Shown here: in pieces, positions 24,198 through 36,600 of the stretch | Layout: each line of letters begins with the position of its first letter | Position numbering within the stretch: the stretch's first letter is position 1 | Source: Phoronis australis | Taxonomy: Eukaryota; Animalia; Phoronida | Assembly (NCBI GenBank): GCA_002633005.1 | Contig: NMRA01000022.1 | Coordinates: 493,715 to 557,714, forward strand | Length of the DNA: 64,000 bases | Reading direction: 5' to 3' | Notes under the pieces: model-generated | The model's input: the letters and a program-made list of their open reading frames with translations, nothing else | Database searches by the model: none | What the model was told of the DNA's origin: nothing | Position numbers and translations under genes: made by a program

Positions 24198-27100
24198 AAA
24201 CGAAAGTGCTCGGAGGAGCGACACTCCAGCACGACTGAAAATGGGTCAAAATGCGCCAGATCCGCCATCTTGAAAGCAACTTCCGGTTTTTTGGCTTTGT
24301 ATAATAGCATGTCATAAGAAACTAATACCTGTAAAAATTCGAAGGAATTGGTCTTATAATGCGCCCTCTACAGGAGAAAACGTTTTTAGGCCAAAATCGA
24401 GGTGCGCATACGCGATCGCCGATATTTCCGCCATCTTCAACCGGAAGTATACAATTTCCGGTATACTTGTAGCAAACTTCCGGTCCATTTACTGTGCCGA
24501 TTCTTAGCCTTTTACGTAAAAGATTGTAGCCTCTAGAAGCATTTGAACCTTTAAATGAAAACAAAATGGGCGCCACAGCCGCCATCTTGGATCTGATTTT
24601 GACGAAAAACAATAGGCTTCCAGTACTTCCGGAAGTACGTATTGTGTGTAAATTTTGTGATGATCGGACGAAAATTGCGACCTGTATTGTGCAAACAATC
24701 AAACGAGAGCGCTCGGAGGAGCGACACTTGGCGGAATTAATCGAAAAGACGACGAACACGATATCATTCATGTGACTAGCGAAGAAATCAAAAGAGAGCA
24801 TACAATCAACTACAATAAAGAATGAAAGCCCGTTCAAAACTCTATCTAAAGTGGTAGTTTGGCAAACACGATAACATTCATGTGACTAGCGAAGAAATCA
24901 AATAGAGAGCATACAATCAACTACAATAAAGATCAATAGATGGCGCAACATGACGGTCCAGTCTGCAGTAGGCCAGTGCTGGCTGGGTCAGTCTGGGTCA
25001 ACTAGGCATAACCAAAATAAAGTGAACTGAAAGCCAGCCAGCTGCGTCCTTTCATAGGTGACCGAAGGAACAACGGCATTCGAAAATCTCGAATAATTTA
25101 AAAGTAGACGTTGTAGCGCAAAATGGAAATATCGTCTGAAAGCCCGTCCACAACTCTACATACTTTGATAGAGCATACAATCAACTACAATAAAGAACAA
25201 TAGATGGCGCAACATTACGGACGAGGCATGCTTTACAGTAGGATAGTGCTGGCTGGGTCAGTCTGGGTCAACTAGGCATAACCAGAACAAAGTGAGCTGA
25301 AAGCCAGCCAGCTGCGTGTGACCGAAGGAACAACGGTATCCGAAAATCTCGAATAATTCAAAAAGTAGACGTCGTAGCGCAAAATGGAAACTATCTCCTG
25401 AAAGCCCGTTGAAAACTCTATCTAAAGTGGTAGTTTGGCAAAAATCCAAAGATTTTTCGAGAAAATTGAAAATTTGCCGTTTTTTTTGAAATTCAAAGTC
25501 AAATAACTCGAAAACAGTAAGTCTGAGAAATACGCTCTCGCAGACTTTTTGAAAGGCCATACTTCAAGGAATCCACATGCAAAAATTCACGTCATTTGCT
25601 CTTCCCATAAAAAATGCGACACCAGAGCGAATGAAACCATGTGAACATGCCCCACAGCCGCCATCTTGAAAGTGAATTCCGGTTCAATAATTTTTTATAA
25701 AAGCTTATTAAACTCAACAAACACGTGACCAGTTTGAAAGTAATTGGTTTGCAAATACGCCCTCTACAGGAGAAAACATTTTTGGCCATATTTCGGGGTG
25801 CGCATGCGCCACGTCCAATATTTCCGCCATCTTTAACCGGAAGTCAACGATTTTCTGCACAATTGTAGCACATGTGTTCTAGTATATTCGTACCGATTTT
25901 CAGCCGTGTAGGTCGAAAAATGCGGCCTCTACGAGTATTTGACTGTGAAATCGGATACAAAATGGCCGCCACGTCCGCCATTTTGTATCCGATCATGACC
26001 AAAAACTATAGTGTTCTAGCAGTTCCCGATCTACACGTTGTGTGCAAATTTCGTGTAAATCGGACGAAAATTGCGACCTGTAGAGAGCGAACAAACAAAA
26101 AATTGAAAGCGCTCTGAGGAGCGAAACTTGGCGAAATTAACCAAAAAAAACATGTTCGAGAGGACGAGAAAAGATGACGACAGAGATGATGACGAAGATG
26201 ACAGCTATGACGACGATGGTGCCGATAATGGACAACCCTAGTTATATCATTCACATAACGAACGTAGAGATCAGGGGCCCGTTCCAAGAAACTGACTTAA
26301 GTTCATTTTTGACTTAAGTCTAAGATTTGTCTTAACTTCCATGCTTTGAAACTTCCACATACGGCAAGATAGTTAAAATTAAGACAAAACGTTTGTCAAA
26401 AACTTAATTCAAACTTAAGATCTCTTTCTTGAAACGGTCTCGAGACAAATTGAAGTTTTATCTTAAAATTTTCTAAAATTTAAGATTTGTCTTAGCTAAG
26501 TCAGTTTTGTTGGAACGGGCCCCAGAAATCACTAAGAAATAGGCTACAGTCTTGAGCGACACTTGGCGAAATTAACTGAAGAAAAGACGACGTCAGAGAT
26601 GATGACGAAGATGACGAATATGGTGATGGTGGTGGCCATGATGAAGAACATCTTAACATTCATATGACGAATTTAGATGTCATAAATCATTGAGAAATAG
26701 GCTGAGCAGTCTAGTTCAATAGAAGCTAAACCAACCTGAATGCAGCAAGAGCGCTCAACAAAGGAGCAGCATTATCACAAAATCTCAAATAACTCGAAAA
26801 GTAGACGTAGAGAAAAATGGAAAGCATCTCCTGAAAGCCCGTTCAAAGCTCTATCTAAACTTATGGTATCGTTTAATTCCGTAAATTTTTCGAAAAAAAA
26901 TGAAATTGTGCGTTTTTTTTAAGAATTTCAAAGTCAAATAACTCGAAAACGGTAAGTCTGAGAAAAAAATTGTTTCAGGGCATTTGAAAGATAATACTTC
27001 AAAGAATCTACATGCAAAAAATCACCTCTTTTTCTCTTCCCGTTTAAAATCGCACTCCAGACGACTGAAAATGGGTCAACATGCGCCATATCCGCCATCT

Positions 27101-27782
27101 TGAATGCAACTTCCGGTTTTTTGGCTTTGTATAATAGCATGTTACAAGAAACTAATACCTGTAAAAATTCGAAGGAATTCGTCTGATAATGCGCCCTCTA
27201 GAGGAGAAAACGTTTTTAAGCCAAAATCGAGGTGTGCATACGCGATCGCCGATATTTCCGCCATCTTTAACCGGAAGTAAACAATTTCCGGTATACTTGT
27301 AGCAAGGTTCCGGTCTATTTACTGTGCCGATTCTTAGCCTTTTACGTAAAAAATTGTAGCCTCCAGAAGCATTTGAACCTTTAAATGGAAACAAAATGGC
27401 TGCCACAGCCGCCATCTTGGTTCCGATTTTGATGAAAAACAATAGGCTTCCAGTACTTCCGGAAGTACGTGTTATGTGTAAATTTCGTGATGATCGGACG
27501 AAAATTGCGACCTGTATCGTGCGAACAAACAAAAAAAAAACAAACTTAGTGTCAGAGCAATATACTTGGCGAAATTTATTTCGCCAAGTAAAAACTCCCT
27601 GTCAGACCAACATACTTGACGGAATTCGAAGAATTCCACCAAGTAAAAAAAACAAACTTAGTGGAAGAGCAACATACTTGGCGAAATTTATTGCGACCTG
27701 TAGAGAGCGAACAAAAAAAAATTTGATGTCAGACCAACACACTTGGCGGAATTCTGGGAATTCCCAGAATTCCACCAAGTAA
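24198..27782 (-). mobile_element. Family A modular element, copy 3 (multi-unit array containing a MITE)
   Basis: Alternating two core variants (24220-24700 ~ 27050-27530; 25480-26100 ~ 23190-23810) with two linker types. Four terminal hairpin units at 27563-27781. Confidence 0.75.
26275..26522 (+). mobile_element. PIF/Harbinger-like MITE (248 bp) with 3-bp CAG target duplication
   Basis: CAG|GGGCCCGTTCCAAGAAACTGACTTA ... TAAGTCAGTTTTGTTGGAACGGGCCC|CAG. The paralogous empty site at ~30280-30300 has a single CAG (CTG on +). Confidence 0.9.
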
Positions 27783-29284
27783 ATATCCGGAAACTTGAGG
27801 GAAATATCGTGAACCGATGTTTCCTTGATGGACCAACATTTTGCAGTTGTATTTCGGTATTACAAAATTTATTAGGATGGTGTGCACAATGTCATTTATG
27901 CCCTGCTCCACTTTGTTAACACCCGACTTGTGGGGTTGTCATCTGTACGCCGTGGTTGCCTCAAGTGTATGTTGTTCCAGGTGCATGTTGCCACAAGTGT
28001 AACTTGTGCTAATGTAAGTGTTCTTCTGGAGAGAGCTCAACTTGAGATAATGAGGAGTCTTGAGGTTTATGATTATTTATGATTCTTTTGTACTGATACA
28101 AATAAATTGTTTGTCTGATGTCGCTTTCTGTCTTTATGGTTTTCGAATGGCACTATGGCACTCCACTGGGAACTCCACTTCATTAGCTCAGATCTGCCTC
28201 AATTACAAAGGGCTGCTGAATAGGCATCATAAAAGTTGTGGTGACCAGTGTAAGCAAGAAATTCTCCGCACAACCTAGGACCAATATCAAATATTACTCC
28301 CAGACACAACTGAGTCGCTCTCATTTTACACGACAACAAATTCAGTTTTAAAAAAAAAAATGTCTTCTCAATGTGTGAAAACCAAACCCCGGTTTTGTTT
28401 TATTCCTCAGAAAGAAAGTTAACACTGTTGAAATGTGTGGCGTTTTGTGACTGACCTATTTTTCCCATACGTGGAAGGTATTGAGGATAAAACTCGAATT
28501 ATCCGATGGAAACCTGCACAGAGTTGGGAATCATTTCAAGGCTTTTCATCTCATGGAAAACTAATTGTTGAGTATGTAAACAGCATAAGCCCCATATTTT
28601 TGTTGTGAAATTGCCTTGAATTGTTCCCATGCATCTGAATAGGTCATGTGGCTAGGGTAACGTTTCACAGATTTTTTTGGAAAGATGTTTTTCAAACGTT
28701 AAGTTGCAAAGTTAGGGCTGTGATAAAAATGGAGGGAGTTTGCTGTCAGAGTTTGAATCGTTAATTACTTTGAAGACATGAATACAGCAGGTCAGACCTA
28801 GCAAAATTGTGGATACTTTTTCAGCAAGAGTTTTGTCTATTTTCACATTACAAACTTATTTACTTGAATGCATATGTCTGCTAGATAGCATTGATTCAAC
28901 TTTCACGTCTGCATAAGCCTTGTGCTCTAGAGCCTTTCAATGGCCGTTATGAAACACAGTACCGCCGTACCTGCATGTAAGAACTCAATTTTGCGACTTG
29001 AAATTTGTGAGTATTTAATGCTGCAGTTAAGATCATAATCTAAACATTTTCTCAATGATCTAAAAATTAAATTTGGCCATATAAATGGCGGGAAGATTTT
29101 GGGACCAGGCATTTATGAATGCAAACTGGATTTTGAAAATGCAACCTGGGATTTTGGCTATGTCTCGCAATGCGACCTGGCAATTTTCATAGTGTCGAGC
29201 CTTGCCTACGGATACATCATTGTCTGGGGTTCAACTTTGTATGAGCTTTGACCTTATGTTTTTTAAATATTTACAAGATGCATA

Positions 29285-30465
29285 TACTTACACAATACAG
29301 GTCGCAATTTTCGTCCGATCATCATGAAATTTACGTACAAGTTGTACATCTATGAGTACAGGAACCCTACTGTTTTTCGTCATAATCGGATCCAAGATGG
29401 CGGCTGTGGCAGCCATTTTGTTTTCATTTTAAGATTCAAAGGCTTCTGGAGGCTACAATTTTTTATGTACAGGGCTGAAACTCAGCACAATTATTGGACC
29501 GGATGTGCACTACATGTTTACCGGAAATTGTTTACTTCCGTTTAAGGATGGCGGAAATATTGGCACTCGTACATGCGCATCTCGATTTCGGGAAAAAATG
29601 TTTTCTCCTGTAGAGGGCGCATTATAGGGCCAATTCCTTTGAATTTTTGCAGATATTAGTTTCCTATAACCTGCTATTATACAAAGCCAAAAAACCGGAA
29701 GTTGCTTTCAAGATGGCGGTTCTGGCGCATGTTGACCGATTTTCAGTCATGCTGAGGTGCCATTTAGACGGAAAGAGGAAATGACGTGAATTTTTGCATG
29801 TGGATTCTCTGAGGCATACTCTTTCAAATGAACTATAACAATTTTTTTTCTCAGACTTATCATTTTCAAATTATTTGACTTTGAATTCCTTTAAAAAACC
29901 CAAAATTTCGTTTTTTCGAAAAAAATTATGGAATTGTGTGATACTATTAATTTAAATAGAGATTTGAACGGGCTTTCAGAAGATGTTTTCTACTTTTCGC
30001 TAGGATGTCTACTTTTCGAGTTATTTGAAATTTTCTGATAACGCTGTTCCTTTGTTGAGCGCTCTTGCTGCATTGATGTTGGTTTATCTTCTATTGAACT
30101 AGACTGTAGCCTATTTCTTATTGATTTATGACATCTAAGTTTGTCATATGAATGTTATGATGTTTTTCATCATCTCCACCACCATCATCATATTTGTCAT
30201 CTTCGTCATCATCTCCTACGTCGTCTTTTCTTCAGTTAATTTCGCCAAGTGTTGCTCAAGACTGTAGCCTATTTTTTAGTGATTTCTGACCTCTACGTTC
30301 GTCATATGAATGATTTCATAACTTGCTTTGTCCATTATCGCCACCATTGTCGTCATAGCTGTCATCTTCGTCATCATCTCTGTCGTCGTCTTTTCTGGTC
30401 ATCTCTAACATGGTTTTTTAGTTAATTTCGCCAAGTTTCGCTCCTTGGAGTGCTTTCATGTTTCG
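29285..30465 (+). mobile_element. Family A modular element, copy 4
   Basis: Reverse-complement match to ~26100-27530 minus the MITE. 30030-30270 also matches 19371-19630 directly. Confidence 0.75.
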
Positions 30466-30497
30466 TATTCCATTGTCTTTATGTTCTTCAGATCAAA

Positions 30498-30632
30498 ATG
30501 TCAGCTACATCAAGCGAGGAACATGACTTGTTGGCTTGCAATGTGAACAATGGGGCACATCGCAAGGGGATCACCTTGAATGAGATGGTTGAGTACTACT
30601 CTAAGTGGGGAGAGACTGGAGGATATGATGAG
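30498..30632 (+). CDS. METTL27: Methyltransferase domain 1, exon 1
   Basis: ttcttcag|atcaaaATG; MSATSSEEHDLLACNVNNGAHRKGITLNEMVEYYSKWGETGGYDE|gtaaaa. Confidence 0.9.
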
Positions 30633-33600
30633 GTAAAAAGGTAGACAAGGTAACGCAGGCATGATCCATAATGCTATTTGATTGTGATTGACTGTCTGAG
30701 TATGTCAGCACTCCCACTCGAGTCAGCCCAGACTCTGAAGGACTTGAGTTATCATCATGGTTACTTTGAATAACGTATGTCTAATATTGAAACACTCAAA
30801 ATTTCACCAAATGTTTGGTAATGGCTTCGCCACACAAACCATGCAAAAAGCAAAGCAAATATTCCTGAAATTATTTTTGTTGAGAAAGTTGATGAAATTA
30901 AACATCAACTGAGTTTCTGCCATCTATTGAGTCCCAAGTCCAAGATTTTTGTACCGTAAGCTTAAAATGGAAGGTGTTTATTATCACTGACTTAAGGAAA
31001 AAAATCATACCACAGTATAGTTATTCTAATTCAAGTGAGCAAAACTTTTATCAATCCCATGTCTTCACTGAATTAATCTGTAAATCATAACCTTAACTTG
31101 TTTTTATTGCAAGACATTCCCATGGAGTTATTTGAATAGTATTCTGTTTGCAATGTGTAATCTTGTCTGTTTGAATTGTACTTGTGATAAAGGGCATGTG
31201 TTGTGGCCCCAAGGCTTACATAGGGATATACAGGGCTTGGAATTTTCCTCTTTCAAGGGGATTTCGTCTTTTTTGGTTTTGATTTCCTCTTTTTTGAATT
31301 CCAGTTTCGTGTTATACTGTCTCTTTATCATTATTTGGCCTTTATTCATGCAAAAATATTTATTTCAGTTAAATTTTACTACGTAAAAAATATTCCCATC
31401 GCACAAGGCTATTTATTTGTAAAACGATAGAGAGAGATTTTTTTCTTTTTTGTCATTGGTCATTCTAGCATAAGGATCACTTACTACCATTTTGAACTTT
31501 TTGATGTTTTCATCACAAATCACTACAACAAGAAACCTTTAGCAAAGTTTTCTTAATGCAAATAGTGATTATCACAGCAACAGTTTAAATACGCAGGCCA
31601 AGTGCCCTCTGGGGGTGCTGGAGCATTGTGGGTAAATACCACAGAGTTGGAGGGTGCTGTGGTGTTAGGGAAGTGGCTCTGATGTGCACTGGCAGTATTA
31701 TAAGCCATCTTATTATCCCCCTCTTTCCACTGTCATAATTTAATGAATCGGTATGTTGCCGTGGAGAAGAGCTTTGCTGACATACATCATTTTCCTATTT
31801 TGTTGCGTGAAATTAGCACTTGGTTTTTATGATACGACTGTATTAAGGGGGGCGGGACGGGGGGGAGGAACGTTTTGAGACTGTGCTGGCCTTTGTGGCT
31901 AACTACATTCACCACTGATGACCACTTGTCTGATATACTCTGAGCTAAAGACCATACTTGATATTATTGTTTTCTGGTCACACTTGTCGATATTCATGCG
32001 TCTTTTCCAGAATCTTTGTCCTGGAACTTACAATGGACCCAAATATGCTGCTGAAGCAATACAGAAGGTCATCGGCGACAAAGCAGAGTCTCGTATACTG
32101 GACTGTGCTGCTGGCACAGGGTTCCTTGGAGTGGAGGTAACATTCGTGCTACTGGACTGTTGTTGGGCTAAAATGCATGCATTTATATTTGTGGCACACC
32201 ACATAAATTGTAAATGTGGATGAGTTCCCTTTTCTGTCACGAAATTCAAGTTGTGGCTTTTTCACTTAAATAATGGTCTTAGAAGGTGGCGGAAAAACAG
32301 CCAGCTTTGGTGGTCAGATTGATTGCGCATGCATTTTGGCACCTTTCCTAAAAAGTTTATGACAATAGTTTAATGCAGTTAATTGGTCAAGTTGTCAACA
32401 GCAATTTGTATCTCCTTCTATTGTATCCGCTTCATTTGCTGGACATGCAAGGTGTCTATTACCATTAGGCAAGAAAGCAAATGTTGGTTCTGTCTTCACC
32501 CGGACTCATTTTGATACCTGGGCTCATTGACTTGCAAAAGCACTGGCCCATATAAATTTCAGCTGAAGTCTCGTGTCATTTAAAAGCTGTACATGTGCAC
32601 ATAAGCAATGGTTGAAATGCCTCGATTTGCCAAGCGATGAGTAAATAAATCCTGCATCATTTTTGATGGTCTCGGGAGGATTTTGAACATCTAAAAAACT
32701 TACCACTCCACTGATTCAAATTTCAAAAAAGAGACCAGAACCAACTGTGCTTTGCTAGCCTTATTTCTGTTGACTAGTGGTGTCTATGCTTATCAGACAA
32801 TGATCTTGATTAATAATCTGTGAGTATGGACATTTTTAAGTAAATGGATAGAAGTGATAATCCCTTAGAGATAATATTGTGTGGATAAGCCATTGCACAG
32901 GAATAAATCAATGAGTTTTTGTAGCCAGACAGAATGTCATCAAACGCTAAGTCATTAGGTAAACAAATCACAGGTAACAAATTGGCTTGCATACCTGAAT
33001 AAAAATTGATATAGCTACCCAGCTGACATGTAATGCAGTAGGCCTGATTGTTTTTAATTTATTAAATTCACCTTTTTAGTAAATACATTAATCTCTGTTG
33101 AAATAAAGGCAAAATGGACATGAAAGTAAATTACTCCGAAATTGAAATGAAGGAACAATGAAAGTTATAAAATTTATTTCCCACTATCCCTCAATATGTG
33201 TACGTCAGTTAAAATGCATTGAAAAAGAAACATGTAACAAGCATGCCTTACAAAACACAAGTACGACATGTACAAACCTATGAATAAAATTAATACTGGT
33301 TATGGGGCTTTGCTCATTTCTATGCAACCCGTTGTCGGATTTCCAAAACTTTTATGGTAATCAATTTTTCATTAATTTTTTAGTTATTTATCGACCGTTA
33401 AATCCAGGAGAATTGGTTTCACTAAATTTGACATGGGAGGGGAGGGCGTATAGTGCCATTCTCATGTGAATTTCAGTGGATGTAATTCTGTTATTTTTTC
33501 ACAAAAAGTTTAGTCAGAATTTGTTTTGACATTGGGACACGGTTTGCCTGGTATTCGGAATTTTACCAAATTTGCCTGGTTGTAATCGTGGGGGAGGGGA

Positions 33601-36600
33601 TGAGTTGCCATGTTTGTTTACTCAACATTCTAATTGTCGCTGTAATATGAAGGTGCTGGTGTTGACGCATGCGTGGTATTGCACTGTCTGGTTCCTCTGG
33701 CCACTGCCTGCCAATAGGAGCGACAAAAATACCTATATTACAGGAGTCAGCAGGAATCCTTGGGATCATGAATTAATCTTGAAGTTAATTTTTTCATGAA
33801 ATATTTACAGGATTTTGAAATATGTTGGAAAGCAGGTGTGTTATCAGGTGTGGTAAGGACAACCATAAATAAGTTGTAAACAAGGATCATAAATCTCTTG
33901 ACACCCCTAGCCTATTCTTAAGAGTGGTCTCATGGTCAATAAACTAACTATCAAGTTGTAGCCCATAAATAGGGCCGTCCTGGATTACGCCGTGACACTT
34001 GAACCTCGCTGTATTTACCCTCATCTGTCAGGCACATTTGCTGTCTCATTTTTATGCCACTGGAGTTTCATTTGTTAGTTGTTGTTGTTGTCTGTGATTC
34101 TGTTTCTTGGTTACATTACTCTATTCGTCCTTTCAATGCCAACGAAGTATTACTGCTGTGCTGTGGGCTGCAACTCCCGACGTGTGAAAAAGTTTGATAA
34201 ACTGGACAAATACCGGTGGATGCGTGATATGAAATTCTTTGCCTTCACGACATCAATGAGAGACACGAAAATGTGCCTGATTTCCAAACCTAGGTCATGC
34301 GCTTTCTTATCTCGTGGACAAAGGAGTATTTTATCGTTGTGTAATCCGGGATGCACCTATTGGAATAAACTGTTTAGATAAGCATGGGACTACTTTAAGC
34401 ACAACGGCTAAATTCACTGCATAGTTATATGCACAAGGTTTTCCTTAAGATTATCTTGAACCTTTGTCACAAAATGGGGATTTTTGCAACATTCCTCATG
34501 TCTAGCAAAATACATTATTTTCATTCTGAGGGAACTTCAAATACGAAATACATAACACGTACCTAGAAAAAAAGATTTTGCAAAGCCAACTTCAACCAAG
34601 TTCAAAGGTCACAGCAAATCTACCGCCAGGCACATGTGGATTATGCAATTCACAGTCCTTTCATTCATTAAATAGCCATAATATTGAGTGTATGAAGTGT
34701 ACATAGCATTGAAAGATGCCGTGGAAAACAAAACGAAGACAATACGAAATTTTGACCCTGAGGGAGTTGTGCCTGTGCGTGCATATGACCATTGATAAGG
34801 TATGACGAATGTACTGACTTGCCGCATCTAGTGGTGTCTGTCACTTTTTGAAAAAGATAAATCCTCACCTAAATTCATTTGATTCATCGGTCATCTGATG
34901 TTCGCTGTTTGGATCTCGTTTTCATGGTGTGCTTTAACCACAGATACTCAATTTCTATTCTCCATTTCGTTGTATCCCACGCGGTTCATATGTTGTGTAC
35001 CAAAATGCACTGTTGACCTGCTCCTGATCTGACACCTAAGTTTGACCCGAGGCAATGAAAACTGACTTAGACAATCGTTTTAGTGATATTTAAATTAATT
35101 ATGCACTGCAAATTCACTTGACATGTAAAGGTTATGTTGACTGAAAACAAGTTTTGACCTAATAGTTAATAAAAAGCCTTGAGATTTTGACAACTCGCGA
35201 CGTTTTTGGCTTTTTCTCAGCTTTGGGAAATTGGCTTTATTTGAACTTAGGAACATGACTTCTTGAAAAGGGCTTGACTTTGGATTTCACTGAAACTTTC
35301 CAATTTTATTATTTATTCGTCAATCTCAAAAACTTTATCTAGCATTTTTGTTTTAAACGCCTAGTTTCGCTTACTGACAATTATGACTGCTGTTTTTTAC
35401 AAAAATACCTTATATTTTGTGCGTTAATATGGCTTAGAAACCAAACTAAATGAGTAATTGAAAACACCCAAATGTATTTTGAGGTAAATTGTGAAGTTTC
35501 CATTTTAAAATGTTTCATTAAAGTCGACCAAGTGGTTATTTTGCTATGAATATACCTTTCCTAAAACTGAACTTTTGACTTAAAAAAGGTGGTAACTTAC
35601 CAATAATAGTACCACTAAAATACAAAACATATTTTTGTAATCCCAGATCTTTTTTCTTTCAGAAAATATATACCTTTATTTGTTGTTGTTGTCTGTTTTT
35701 TGATATACGAGTTAGAATGGAGGTCACTAAATAAGGTTTTGCCTTAACTTGTTTAAACTAGGGTTCCTGAACTTATGGAAGAGTGGGAGATTCGTCAAAA
35801 GGGTGTAAATTTTGGATAAAGTACTCACTCAGAGACTGTGTTGTTGCTGTTCCCTATGTTTTGGACTGCTCTCTTCAGTTCTTTGTCAACGAATAACAGG
35901 TTGTCGATGTTTCCTGCTGTTCTGTGGTTGCGTTATTCAGTCTATATCCTTTTGATGTAGTTAACTGATTTTTTTCCATTCAAACAATGGAAACGTTCAA
36001 CTTTCAATAGTGGATTTAGATTTTAGATTTTACAATCCTCAGAGAGGGTCTAAAATGGTTGGGACAGAGTGTTGCCACAAACAAGCAGTAGTTAACTCTG
36101 ACTCAGACACTCATCTCCCACAATCCTCAAACAAGAGGAGCTGCTCATCAAATCCAGGCACTGTGGTAAGTGGCTATTGTAATTCGAATGGTGTAGATTA
36201 GTGTGGAGCTGTGTTCATTAGGGTAGCCTGCATCTGAACATGACCAAGACAAATGAGTTTTTGTCTATAGTGGCTTGGTGTCATTGCAGCTCAACAAGTT
36301 AGGATATACCAACATTGACGCACTAGAACCAGCTCACGGTATGTTGGAGCGAGCTAGAGAGAAGGAGGTGTATACCAACTTCATAGAAGACTACATTGAT
36401 AATGGACACAACAAGATGATAGCTGATGGTATATTGGTTATTAGTAATTTTTAATGGCATGTTTACGCTAAGCATTAAAAATCTCTAACTCAAAACATGA
36501 GACCTTAGACCCTGGTCACGGTGCTTATGTTCAACACGCTTGTTACTGCCAGCAGTACATGAATACCCGATTGTGAAGTTGCCTGTGATGTGTTGTATGC

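Noticed and set aside
23303-27782. Recurrent ORFs (MRSSIFVPIF..., MAATAAIL..., MAKNVFSC...)
   Set aside because: Spurious translations of non-coding family A repeats; frames and stops are not conserved between copies.
35040-35750. AT-rich segment ending ...AAGGTTTTGCC-TTAA, a possible TTAA-specific element
   Set aside because: No matching opposite terminus could be identified.
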